Source of the DNA: Hyphomicrobiaceae bacterium
GTDB lineage: Bacteria > Pseudomonadota > Alphaproteobacteria > Rhizobiales > Hyphomicrobiaceae
Direction of reading: 5' to 3'
NCBI GenBank assembly: GCA_041397645.1
Contig: JAWKWE010000008.1
Coordinates: 28,394 to 92,393, forward strand
Length of the DNA: 64,000 nucleotides
The notes under the pieces are model-generated. The model saw nothing but the letters and a program-made list of their open reading frames with translations, did no database searches and was not told where the DNA came from. The position numbers and the translations under genes are program-made. Shown here piece after piece: positions 11,042-20,029 of the stretch (the stretch's first letter is position 1; the number at the start of each line of letters is the position of its first letter).

Positions 11042-11511
11042 CTCCAGTAAATCTGAACCGCTGCACCGAAGCGTATGATCGTTCGATTGCCCTCCGCGGA
11101 GAAAATTGTTGCCACAGCGGCAGACCTCGAGCGCATGGCGATGCTTGCTTTTCCGAGGCCGCCTCACTTAGCTTTTGCCTGTCAGGCTTTGCTCGGTTTG
11201 TCGCCGGAAAAGCCGATGAGGCGCCCCATCTGCACGCGTAGGGAGGCATTGCCTTTCTGAAGAAAAGAGGCTGCCGGCTAGTCGTTCGGCGATCATCGCA
11301 ACCCTTTGCTGGTCTCGGCTCTCTCCGCCGCCGTACGGTCGACGCTACTCGTAGGCGTTGCCGCTCAGGCCGATACCCGAAACACCCTGAATGACCGGCA
11401 CGCCGCCGGCGCCGTTACCGGCCGCGAGGTTGTACGCCGAAGTGTGGTTGTGCTCACTGCCATTGCAGCACATTGCGGCGGAGTCACAGCCGAATCTGGA
11501 TTTTGACGAAA

Positions 11512-11668
11512 TTCGACGAGTTATGGGACTTTCTCAGGGCTTCATTGCCGACGGATATTGCGACAAGATGTTGCGCCCGCGCATCCGGAGAAATCGGACA
11601 TCATCTGCTGGCAGCGGATATTGAATGCAAAGGGATGGGCCGTTCCGCTTGGACGGTCGAGCGGGTAG
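11512..11668 (+). pseudogene. Relic N-terminus of a PimC-like acyl-CoA dehydrogenase
   Basis: Three frame-shifted pieces, FDELWDFLRASLPTDIATR / HPEKSDIICWQRILNAKGWAVP / AWTVER, reconstruct the typical FxxEVRxFL...WQRILNxxGWAVPAWPVEYG start; compare the intact paralog at 14456 (VAPAWPVEYGG). Confidence 0.6.
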
Positions 11669-12136
11669 TTCGAACAATCCGTCAAGCGCAATTCATTCGA
11701 ACTGATCACGGCTGGTGCAGCCGTCGGCCAAAGCAAATGCGAAGTGGTCATGGTCAACGTCGAACCGCTCGTGCCGATTTGGACCGTTCTATCTTAAGCT
11801 GCAGCTTGTTGTTCTTGGTTGCGAACGAGCATGCTGATCACTTGAAGACGCTGTTGGCGGCCTGGAGTTCTCGCACCTTATCAATCTCCCGACCGCTCAT
11901 GCATCGCGCATGCCGATCTAGCAGGACGGTAGCCCGGCTTCGCGCACATACCTTTGATCGAGAAACATGCCTCTGGGGGGCTGCATTTTCAATAAGGCCG
12001 GAACCCCCAGTGGGACGCTGCAAATAAATTCCACGGGAGGATTGCGGGGCTGGCCGAGGCCGTTCGAATTTCTATCCCATTAAGCAGAAATCAAGATCCC
12101 GTTGCGCTGTTGACAGGCTTGCGCATGATGGATAAA

Positions 12137-12152
12137 TCTAACGTATGTTAGA
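12137..12152. promoter_or_regulatory. Operator copy 1, TCTAAC-GTAT-GTTAGA
   Basis: Perfect 6-bp arms; overlaps the -10 of a candidate promoter TTGACA (12110-12115)-N17-TAAATC ahead of the 12170 operon. Confidence 0.8.
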
Positions 12153-12169
12153 AAAAGTTGGCTCGAGAG

Positions 12170-12907
12170 ATGGAAATGTCTAGCGCGGATCATCGGCCGC
12201 CGGCGGATCCGGCGTGCTTCACTTCCCCGTCAAACTTTATCGATAGCGACAGCGCAGAGGTGAGGGCTTTCGTAAAGTCTGCTTTGCGCAACCTGAGTTC
12301 CAGCGCTTCCGATACCGAAAAGGCAATCCGACTGTTCGAAGCGGTGCGCGATGGGATCCGGTATGATCCCTACACGTTTGAACTGAGCCCCGATGCTTAT
12401 CGCGCTAGTGTGGTGGCAGGGGCGGAGTCTGCTTTTTGTGTGCCCAAGGCGATCTTGCTGACCGCCTGCCTACGTGCTGTTGGCATTCCCGCTGCATTGG
12501 GCTTCGCCGACGTTCGTAACCATTTGAATACGCCAAAGCTAACCGAGCTGATGCAAACGGATCTCTTCATTTACCACGGATACGTGCAGCTGTGGCTCGA
12601 CGGGAGGCCCTACAAGGTTACGCCGGCCTTCAACATGGAGCTATGCAAGCGCTTCGGAGTAAAGCCTCTTCTCTTCGACGGGACGTCTGACGCTCTGTTT
12701 CACGAGTTCGACGAAAAGAATCAGAGGCACATGGAATATGTTCATGACCGGGGCTTGTATGTGGACGCGCCAATTGACGAATTCCTGGCGGCGTTTAAGG
12801 CAACCTATCCGAAGCTGGAGGAATTCAACCGTTGCCGGATCGCGGGGCGGAACGCGAAAAACTTTGACGATGGTTTCACTCCGACGGAGGAAGGACATCG
12901 GACGTGA
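12170..12907 (+). CDS. Transglutaminase-like (Cys/His) family protein
   Basis: VRDGIRYDPY, FCVPKAILL (Cys), GIPAALGFADVRNH and YHGYVQLWLDG (His). Start could also be 12176. Confidence 0.82.
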   Translation: MEMSSADHRPPADPACFTSPSNFIDSDSAEVRAFVKSALRNLSSSASDTEKAIRLFEAVRDGIRYDPYTFELSPDAYRASVVAGAESAFCVPKAILLTACLRAVGIPAALGFADVRNHLNTPKLTELMQTDLFIYHGYVQLWLDGRPYKVTPAFNMELCKRFGVKPLLFDGTSDALFHEFDEKNQRHMEYVHDRGLYVDAPIDEFLAAFKATYPKLEEFNRCRIAGRNAKNFDDGFTPTEEGHRT

Positions 12908-13353
12908 AGTACCTGGAGGATTTCAAGGTCGAACAAATCTTTGCGTTCCGCACGCCGCCCTTAAGCAAGGACGAGATAATTTCGTTTGCCAGGGAATGGG
13001 ATCCGCAGCGGCTGCACACGGATGAAGACTATGCCAGGCAAATCCATGGCGGTCTGATCGCATCGGGGTTCCAGACACTCCTGCTCGTATTCAGGCCGAT
13101 TATGCGGGACTTCATGACGGGGGTCGCAAACATCGGTGGTTTGGGCTTCGAGAGGCTATCTTGGAACGCGCCTGTGCGGCCAGATGAACCGCTTGATATC
13201 ACGTTGAAGATGCTGGCAATTCGGCCCTCCCGAACCAAGCCCGATCGCGGTGTCATCAGCTACCGTGTCGAAGCGCGCAACATGGCAGGAGAGCCCGTGC
13301 TGACCGTCGATACCGGTGCAATGGTCAAACGAAAGACAGTACTGGTGTCATGA
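12904..13353 (+). CDS. MaoC-family (hotdog) dehydratase
   Basis: YLEDFKV, FAREWDPQRLHTDED, GGLIASG and PVRPDE motifs. Confidence 0.88.
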   Translation: MKYLEDFKVEQIFAFRTPPLSKDEIISFAREWDPQRLHTDEDYARQIHGGLIASGFQTLLLVFRPIMRDFMTGVANIGGLGFERLSWNAPVRPDEPLDITLKMLAIRPSRTKPDRGVISYRVEARNMAGEPVLTVDTGAMVKRKTVLVS

Positions 13354-14459
13354 GTAATGTGAGGGCGCATTCACAGGACGATCTGCGAATGCTGCGCGGA
13401 AGCGTGCGCACACTTTTGGAGCGCGCGGGCGGCATCGCGCGCGCCCGTAACGCTCGCAACAAGGGCTGGGACCGACAGGTGATGAACGAATTGGCCCATG
13501 CTGGCGTGCTCGGTGTCGCCGCTCCAGAAGCGGTCGGCGGGCTTGGCATGGGCCTTAGCGCGGCCGGTGTCATCGCGGAAGAAGTCGGTCGCGCCCTCGC
13601 GCCCGAACCGGTGGTGTCAGCCATCGCCCTTGCGATCGGAATGATTCAACGGGTATGTCCTGGCGATGCGATGCTCGCTGCAGCGATTGGCGGTGAAATC
13701 ACCTGGGCCCTCGCTTGGCAGGAACGTGGTCTTCGAGGTTACCCTGACCAAATGGCGTGCCGATTCGACGGCAAGCTGCTGAACGGCTCGAAGGCCTGGA
13801 TTGCCGGGGCGGTCGGCGCGGATCAATTGCTCGTGGTGGCGCAAAATGATTCGCAGCCCGTTCTCGTTGCCCTCGACGCTGATGGCAAGGGAATCTACTC
13901 GGAGCTGCGACGACAGTCCGACGGAAGCCATTGCTGTGACATCGGCTTTGTCGACGCCCCAGGTAAAGTGCTGGCCGAAGGCTCGGTGGTCTCGGAAGCA
14001 TTGTCCAGCGTCGTCGCCGACGCCACGGCGCTCGCCGCCGCCGAGTTGGTCGGCGTCAGCGCAAAAGCACTCGAACTGACCCTCGATTATGTGAAGACGC
14101 GCGAGCAGTTCGGCAAACCGATTGGGTCGTTCCAGGTGATCCAGCATCGCGCCGTAGACTTGTATGTCGCTCAGCAGGTGGCCGAGGCGGGGGTGACTGA
14201 GGCGCTGGCACGGATGGATGTGAGCGCCGATCAGGGCGCGCGCATGCGTGAGGCGAGCCGCGCCAAAGCCCGCGCCTGCAGCACGGCCAAGAAGATTACC
14301 CGGGAGTCGATCCAACTTCACGGTGCAGTCGGCTATACCGACGAGTTCGACATCGGCCTGTTTCTGAACCGTGCGCTTGTGCTTTCGGCTTGGCTCGGGG
14401 ACGCCGCCCACCACCGGGCTCGTTGGATGGACGCGCTCGATGTAAATGAGGCAGGATGA
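13350..14459 (+). CDS. Acyl-CoA dehydrogenase, PimD-like alpha partner of a heteromeric pair
   Basis: REQFGKPIGSFQVIQHR and IQLHGAVGYTDE; lacks the normal xEPxxGSD FAD segment and the GGxxEI C-terminal loop. Confidence 0.85.
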   Translation: MSNVRAHSQDDLRMLRGSVRTLLERAGGIARARNARNKGWDRQVMNELAHAGVLGVAAPEAVGGLGMGLSAAGVIAEEVGRALAPEPVVSAIALAIGMIQRVCPGDAMLAAAIGGEITWALAWQERGLRGYPDQMACRFDGKLLNGSKAWIAGAVGADQLLVVAQNDSQPVLVALDADGKGIYSELRRQSDGSHCCDIGFVDAPGKVLAEGSVVSEALSSVVADATALAAAELVGVSAKALELTLDYVKTREQFGKPIGSFQVIQHRAVDLYVAQQVAEAGVTEALARMDVSADQGARMREASRAKARACSTAKKITRESIQLHGAVGYTDEFDIGLFLNRALVLSAWLGDAAHHRARWMDALDVNEAG

Positions 14460-15610
14460 TGATTGACTGGAATACACTGAGCGATGAAGCGTTCTGCCGC
14501 CACGTTCGCACCTTCTTCCAGACCGAATATCCCGAGGGGCTGCGCCATCTGTCACATCGGGCGAAGTTCGCCGAGATCCGCAAGTGGCACGAGAAGCTCT
14601 ACGCCAACGGAATGGTCGCACCGGCTTGGCCGGTCGAATATGGCGGAATGGGCCTGGAAGCTTCGAAGCTCCTAATCTTTTACGAAGAGCAACAGCGCTG
14701 GGGCGTGACGCGGGGCCGCGACATGGGAGTGCAGATGGTCGGGCCCCTTATCATCAAGTTTGGAACCCAGGCGCAGAAAGATCACTGGCTGCCGCGTATC
14801 CTTACCTGCGAGCACATTTGGTGTCAGGGCTACTCCGAACCGGGCTCAGGCTCCGACCTCGCCAGTCTGCGCACAAACGCCGTGATTAATGGCGACCATT
14901 TCGTGATCAACGGGCAGAAGATCTGGACCACCATGGCTCATGACGCCACCCACATCTTCATGCTGGTGCGCACCGATCCTAATGCCGCGAAAAAACAGGA
15001 AGGCATCAGCTTCGTGCTCGCCGATATGAACCAGCCGGGCATCGAAGTCCGCGTGATCACAACGCTCGCGGGTGAAGACGAGTTCTGCGAAGTATTCTTC
15101 GACAATGCCCGCGCGCCCCGCGAAAACCTGGTTGGCGAACTGAACAAGGGATGGACGATGGCCAAGACGTTGCTTGGCTTTGAGAGAATCTTTATTGGAG
15201 CGCCTAACTTGGCGCAAAACGCGCTTGTTCAGCTTCGGACGATTGCGCAAGGACGCTGCATGTTCAACGACCCGGTGTTCCGCGATCGCTTTGCCAAAGT
15301 CGCTCTGGATGTTGAGGATCACGCGGCACTTTATACCCGCTTCGCCGACCAACTCAAGCGTGGCGAGACGTTAGGTCCCGACGTGTCAATGCTGAAAATC
15401 TGGGTCACTGAGACTTTCCAAGAAATTACCGAGCTCATGATCGAAGCCGCGGGACCCGACGGCGGCATGACCGGTCCGTTGCAGATCGGCAATGTCGGTG
15501 TCGACGTATTGGCAAACTTCTATAAGGCGCGACCCGCAACGATCTATGGCGGAACGAATGAGATCCAGCGCAACATCTTGTCGAAAGCCGTTCTTGGCTT
15601 GCCTGGCTGA
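14456..15610 (+). CDS. Acyl-CoA dehydrogenase, PimC-like catalytic partner
   Basis: PAWPVEYGG, WCQGYSEPGSGSDLASL, GQKIWTT, LGFER and IYGGTNEIQRN. Confidence 0.92.
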   Translation: MMIDWNTLSDEAFCRHVRTFFQTEYPEGLRHLSHRAKFAEIRKWHEKLYANGMVAPAWPVEYGGMGLEASKLLIFYEEQQRWGVTRGRDMGVQMVGPLIIKFGTQAQKDHWLPRILTCEHIWCQGYSEPGSGSDLASLRTNAVINGDHFVINGQKIWTTMAHDATHIFMLVRTDPNAAKKQEGISFVLADMNQPGIEVRVITTLAGEDEFCEVFFDNARAPRENLVGELNKGWTMAKTLLGFERIFIGAPNLAQNALVQLRTIAQGRCMFNDPVFRDRFAKVALDVEDHAALYTRFADQLKRGETLGPDVSMLKIWVTETFQEITELMIEAAGPDGGMTGPLQIGNVGVDVLANFYKARPATIYGGTNEIQRNILSKAVLGLPG

Positions 15611-15645
15611 AGAGGCAGTTCCATATTTACGGAGGAAAGCACACC

Positions 15646-16455
15646 ATGTCTGACCGCTATGCCAAATACAACAAACTGAAATTCGACTTTCCGGCGGATC
15701 GCGTTCTCCGGATCACGTTCGATCGCCCCGAAACCTTCAACTCTGTGGACGCGGAAACGCACACGCAGATGACCGACATGTGGATCGATATCGACCGTGA
15801 CCCCAACATCAACGCGGTTCTCGTAACAGGAGCCGGCAAAGCGTTTTCGGCGGGTGGCGATTTCAGCCTGATCGAGCGAATAGCTGGCAATTTCGATGAA
15901 ATGATGCGGACCTGGAAGGAAGCCAAGGATCTCGTCTACAACATCATCAATTGCAATAAGCCAATCATCTCTGCGATCAATGGACCGGCCGCGGGTGCTG
16001 GGCTAGTTGTCGGAATTCTCGCCGACGTCTCGATCGCTGGTAAGCGAGCTAAAATTGTTGACGGGCACCCGCGTCTCGGGGTTGCCGCAGGTGATGTGGC
16101 TGCGATCATATGGCCGCTCCTCTGCGGTATGGCCAAGGCGAAGTATTATCTTCTGACGTGCAAGGCAATTTCCGGTGAAGAGGCTGAGCGCATTGGCTTG
16201 GTGTCCATGTGTGTCGACGATGATCAACTGCAGCAAGTTGCTCTTGATACCGCAGTTGAATTGGCAAACGGTGCGCAAAGCGCGATCCGCTGGACGAAAT
16301 ATTCGCTGAACAATTGGCTGCGCCAGGCTGGCCCGACTTTCGACGCTTCTACCGCATTCGAGATGCTGGGTTTCATGGGCCCTGACGTCAAGGAAGGGGT
16401 GCTATCGCATCGGGAAAAGCGTGCTCCCAATTTTCGCAAGGACTGTCCCATTTAG
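15646..16455 (+). CDS. Crotonase-fold protein with a His...Asp motif (6-oxocamphor-hydrolase-like segment)
   Basis: FSAGGDF and [12 protein letters not shown]; [12 protein letters not shown]...WP replaces the two catalytic Glu of classical hydratases. Confidence 0.85.
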   Translation: MSDRYAKYNKLKFDFPADRVLRITFDRPETFNSVDAETHTQMTDMWIDIDRDPNINAVLVTGAGKAFSAGGDFSLIERIAGNFDEMMRTWKEAKDLVYNIINCNKPIISAINGPAAGAGLVVGILADVSIAGKRAKIVDGHPRLGVAAGDVAAIIWPLLCGMAKAKYYLLTCKAISGEEAERIGLVSMCVDDDQLQQVALDTAVELANGAQSAIRWTKYSLNNWLRQAGPTFDASTAFEMLGFMGPDVKEGVLSHREKRAPNFRKDCPI

Positions 16456-16479
16456 GTCGTGCGGAAAGGGGATCGTTAC

Positions 16480-17676
16480 ATGCCCGACGCGATTTACCGC
16501 GAGATTGCCGTAGCCTACGGTCAGGCGGCACGCAATGCGCCCGGCCTAAAGGCGCGCTTCGATGCGGCTGGTTTCGATCCTGCAAGCATCAGATCATTGA
16601 ATGATCTGTCTCGCCTGCCGGTTCTGAAAAAGGAACAGCTCCTAGCGCTCCAAAGGGACAATCCGCCCTTTGGAGGGTTTCTCGCAGCAGATCCAAAAAG
16701 CCTGTCGCGGATCTATGTGTCGCCTGGACCGATCTTCGAGCCGTCTTTGGCGGGAGGTGGCGGACACGGCCTCAAGGAGCTTTTCAAGGCTGCGGGGATC
16801 ACGGGAGGCGATCTTATCCTGAACACATGGTCTTATCATCTGGTTCCGGCAGGTCTTTTGTTTGACGAAGCTGCGCGTGCTGTCGGCGCGACTGTCATTC
16901 CCAGCGGTACTGGAAACCGCGAACTGCAAGCGCAGATCATTGTGGAAACCGGCGTGACCGCGATCTGCGCCAGCACGGCCTTTTTCCTTGCTCTGGCGGA
17001 TAAAGTCATCGAGGCGTATGGGCGCAGCGCCTGGAAGGTGAAGTCGGCCTTCCTCGGCGGCGAGATGGGCGATTGGATGGCCAAGCGGCGTCGTATCGAG
17101 GCAGATTACGGCGTCAAGACTTGGGCCGCCTATGCTACAGCCGACCTCGGTCTTGTGGCTTACGAGGATGACGGCGAAGGGTATTCTGTGCATCCCAACC
17201 ACGTGGTACAGATCTGCGATCCCATCAGTGGAGAGCCGTTGGCCGCCGGCGAGACCGGAGAAGTTGTGGTGACCGCGCGCGACGCCAACTGGCCGATGAT
17301 CCGCTTGGGCACCGGCGATAGCGGCTTCGCTCTTGAGAGCGATGGAGATGGTCGCGTAACGCGTCTTTCGGCCTTGCAGGGGCGTGTCGGCGCAGCTGTC
17401 AAAGTTCGCGAGATTTTCGTCTACCCCCGCGCTGTTGAAGAAGTGGTTATTGCGACCCCCGGCGTGCGTGCCGCTCAAGCGGTGGTGACACGCGAGAACG
17501 GCCGCGACACCGTGCGTCTCTTACTCGTCGCGGAGCCCGGCGCTGATCATGCGCTGGCCCAAACGCGTGCCATGGAAGGATTCGCGACCAGTTCCCGAAT
17601 TCGGGCTGATGGCGTGGATTTTGTCGATCTCCTGGAGGAAAACGCGCCGCTGATTGTAAACAAAAAAGACGTCTAG
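16480..17676 (+). CDS. Phenylacetate-CoA-ligase (PaaK)-family protein with a degenerate P-loop
   Basis: PaaK-like LSRLPVLKK, YHLVPAG, GTGN, GGE and RLGTGD; SPGPIFEP stands where SSGTTG is expected. Confidence 0.75.
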   Translation: MPDAIYREIAVAYGQAARNAPGLKARFDAAGFDPASIRSLNDLSRLPVLKKEQLLALQRDNPPFGGFLAADPKSLSRIYVSPGPIFEPSLAGGGGHGLKELFKAAGITGGDLILNTWSYHLVPAGLLFDEAARAVGATVIPSGTGNRELQAQIIVETGVTAICASTAFFLALADKVIEAYGRSAWKVKSAFLGGEMGDWMAKRRRIEADYGVKTWAAYATADLGLVAYEDDGEGYSVHPNHVVQICDPISGEPLAAGETGEVVVTARDANWPMIRLGTGDSGFALESDGDGRVTRLSALQGRVGAAVKVREIFVYPRAVEEVVIATPGVRAAQAVVTRENGRDTVRLLLVAEPGADHALAQTRAMEGFATSSRIRADGVDFVDLLEENAPLIVNKKDV

Positions 17677-19040
17677 GCGGAGGGGCCAGCGTGCGACACA
17701 TGCCGTCTCGCTCGTCTGCCCATGGAGCGCGGATTGCGACGAACGTATTGAAGACCATCCAACAGCAGACTCTGCAACATCACAATCAGTTCGGGCAGGG
17801 AATAATATCCATCGCGTTGATCCTTTTCGGGATTGAACCATTCAACAGTCCAATTCAGCGCTCCTAACATGGCCTGCCGCAAGGGCACAACCTTGATATC
17901 GGACCGCAGCTCACCGGATTCCTGTGCTTTGCGTAAGCAATCATCCCAAAGGTTCGCGTATTTGTGTCGAATTGGCTGATGACGTGCTCGCACCTGCTCC
18001 GGTAGTTGTCCGTAAATGCGGATATTCGCGGACGTAAATTCGCTCAAGCGAAAGAGGTATTCCATATGGGTACGGATCGCGGCAGCTATTCTGCTGCGAT
18101 GATCAGGAAAATGGCTTTCCTGCGAAAGAGTCGCCGAGACGCCGCGCAACAACGCTCGCAATCCAATGTCCAGCACCTCGTCGAGTATCTCATTCTTTGA
18201 CCTAAAATGATAATAGATGCTGCCTGCTTCCATGCCGGCTTCTTGTGCGATATCTCGCATGGTTGCCGCTTTGTATCCCCTGTCGCGAAAGATTCGCGCC
18301 GCGGCCGAGAGCACTTGGGCGCGCGTTCGGGATGCTTTGCCGTCCTCGGCAGTAATTACTTCTAGGGTTTCCAATTCCGTAGGATCTGGTCGTGTCAGTG
18401 GGATGCCGCGTGCCTTGGACATGCCCTCCAGAAGTAGTTTAGACATGCGCTCAGACAGCATGCTGACCGGGTAGCGAGTTGCGTCATACCATTCCACGGT
18501 CCAATTCATTGCTCCCAGCACGAACTGTCGCAGCGGCACGACTTTGATGTCGATCCGAATGTCTCCAGCCTTTTGCGCTTGTTCCAGAAACTCGTCCCAT
18601 ATGGATGTATAGGTCTGGCGCAGCTTCCGATGTGGCGACCTCCTAGATCGAGGAAGCCTTGAGTAGTTCCTAATATTGGCCGAGGTGAAGCTGCCTTCCC
18701 GCAGAACATGAGTTAGGTGCGTAGTGATCATTGACGCAAACGTCTGGCGGAAATCTATGCCGGACGACCTGCAGCGGTCCCGCACCTCTTGGACAGCGTT
18801 AAGAACATCCTGAACGCCCAGCTGGAGAATCTCGTCAAGGATCGCGTCCTTCGACGCAAAGTGGTAATATAAGCTGCCCGCTTCCATGTTTGCCGCAGCT
18901 GCAATTTTGCGAAGCGTCGTGGCGCTATAACCTTCATCACGGAAAAGTTTGGCGGTGGCGCTCAGGATGAGAGCCCGCGTCTGGTCGGACTTGACGGCAG
19001 CTGTATCCACCGCGTTGGGCTTTGTAGAACGCCTATCCAT
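17673..19040 (-). CDS. Tandem double-TetR repressor (two full HTH plus ligand domains in one chain)
   Basis: Two repeats: TRALILSATAKLFRDEGYSATTLRKIA..EAGSLYYHF..LGAMNWTVEWY and TRAQVLSAAARIFRDRGYKAATMRDIA..EAGSIYYHF..LGALNWTVEWF. Converges on the previous gene with a shared CTAG. Confidence 0.9.
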   Translation of the reverse strand: MDRRSTKPNAVDTAAVKSDQTRALILSATAKLFRDEGYSATTLRKIAAAANMEAGSLYYHFASKDAILDEILQLGVQDVLNAVQEVRDRCRSSGIDFRQTFASMITTHLTHVLREGSFTSANIRNYSRLPRSRRSPHRKLRQTYTSIWDEFLEQAQKAGDIRIDIKVVPLRQFVLGAMNWTVEWYDATRYPVSMLSERMSKLLLEGMSKARGIPLTRPDPTELETLEVITAEDGKASRTRAQVLSAAARIFRDRGYKAATMRDIAQEAGMEAGSIYYHFRSKNEILDEVLDIGLRALLRGVSATLSQESHFPDHRSRIAAAIRTHMEYLFRLSEFTSANIRIYGQLPEQVRARHQPIRHKYANLWDDCLRKAQESGELRSDIKVVPLRQAMLGALNWTVEWFNPEKDQRDGYYSLPELIVMLQSLLLDGLQYVRRNPRSMGRRARRHVSHAGPSA

Positions 19041-19084
19041 ATCGTTTAATTTGCGTCTGGACATTGAAAGCACAAGTGCGATAA

Positions 19085-19100
19085 TCGAACATTCGTTAGA
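19085..19100. promoter_or_regulatory. Operator copy 2, TCGAAC-ATTC-GTTAGA
   Basis: Lies between the divergent double-TetR and badH-like genes, immediately after TGGACA-N16-GATAAT. Confidence 0.78.
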
Positions 19101-19151
19101 ATTTATCGCGGAATCGACTGGAGCGTATCCGCGGAAGGGAGGGTGATAACC

Positions 19152-19913
19152 ATGCGTGGGCTAAAAGGGAAGCGGACAATCGTAACCGGTGGTGGCAGTG
19201 GGATCGGGCGCGAGGTATGCAAGCGATTTGCTGAAGAAGGCAGCGAGGTCGCCGTTTTCGACGTTAATGCGGCCGGAGCGGCCGAAACGGTGAAGATCAT
19301 AAAGGAGGCAGGCGGTAAGGCCACTGCTCACGCAGTTGATATAACCGATCGTGCGGCAGTCGATGCGGCTGTGGCTGAGGTGGAGAAGGGCGGCCCCATC
19401 AACGTTCTGGTCAACAATGCGGGCTGGGACGTTCCTCGCGCTTTTCTGGAAAGCGACGCGGCCCTTTGGAAGAAGGTTATTGACATCAATCTTTACGGTC
19501 CGCTGAATCTGCATCACGCGGTACTTCCTGGCATGGTTAAAAACGGTGGTGGTCGCGTAGTTAATATCAGTTCCGACGCGGGCCGCGTAGGCTCCTCAGG
19601 CGAAGCTGTCTATTCGGCGTGCAAGGGCGGCATCATTGCTTTTACCAAGACAGTGGCACGGGAGTTGGCGCGCAAGGGAATACAGCTCAACGCGGTGGCT
19701 CCGGGGCCGACCGACACCCCGTTGTTCGCGGAATTCTCAAAGGGCGAAGGAGGCGAGAAAATCGCAGAAGGTCTCAAGCGTTCCATTCCAATGCGAAGGC
19801 TTGCACAACCGACCGACTATCCCGGAATCATCTGCTTTCTTGCTTCCGATGACGCTGGTTTTATCACGGGCCAGGTGATTTCGGTTTCTGGCGGCCTGAC
19901 GATGCATGGATAA
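19152..19913 (+). CDS. badH: 2-hydroxycyclohexanecarboxyl-CoA dehydrogenase-like SDR
   Basis: NNAGWD, HHAVLPGMV, SSDAGRVGSSGEAVYSACKGG, PGPTDT and ITGQVISVSGGLTM match the BadH signature; exact substrate not established. Confidence 0.8.
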   Translation: MRGLKGKRTIVTGGGSGIGREVCKRFAEEGSEVAVFDVNAAGAAETVKIIKEAGGKATAHAVDITDRAAVDAAVAEVEKGGPINVLVNNAGWDVPRAFLESDAALWKKVIDINLYGPLNLHHAVLPGMVKNGGGRVVNISSDAGRVGSSGEAVYSACKGGIIAFTKTVARELARKGIQLNAVAPGPTDTPLFAEFSKGEGGEKIAEGLKRSIPMRRLAQPTDYPGIICFLASDDAGFITGQVISVSGGLTMHG

Positions 19914-19963
19914 CGCGCAAGGCGCTGCCCAACCAACTAACGGATTTATGTAGCCGGACTGCG

Positions 19964-19968
19964 CCGAC
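19964..19968 (+). repeat. IS21 target-site duplication, left copy (CCGAC)
   Basis: Identical 5-mer directly flanking both IS ends. Confidence 0.85.
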
Positions 19969-20027
19969 TGTCAAACGCCATCCGGAACTGCCCCCTTTGC
20001 GTCATGAAGAACTGCCCCCACCCTTGG
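19969..20027 (+). repeat. IS21 terminal inverted repeat (istB side)
   Basis: TGTCAAACGCCATCCGGAACTGCCCCCT...GTCATGAAGAACTGCCCCCACCCTTGG, with two internal AACTGCCCCC subrepeats. Confidence 0.9.
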
Positions 20028-20029
20028 GT

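Noticed and set aside
11300-11480. Minus-strand Gly/Asn-rich reading (HNHTSAYNLAAGNGAGGVPVIQGVSG)
   Set aside because: No clear start or RBS, and I cannot assign it to a family; a BLASTx would be needed.
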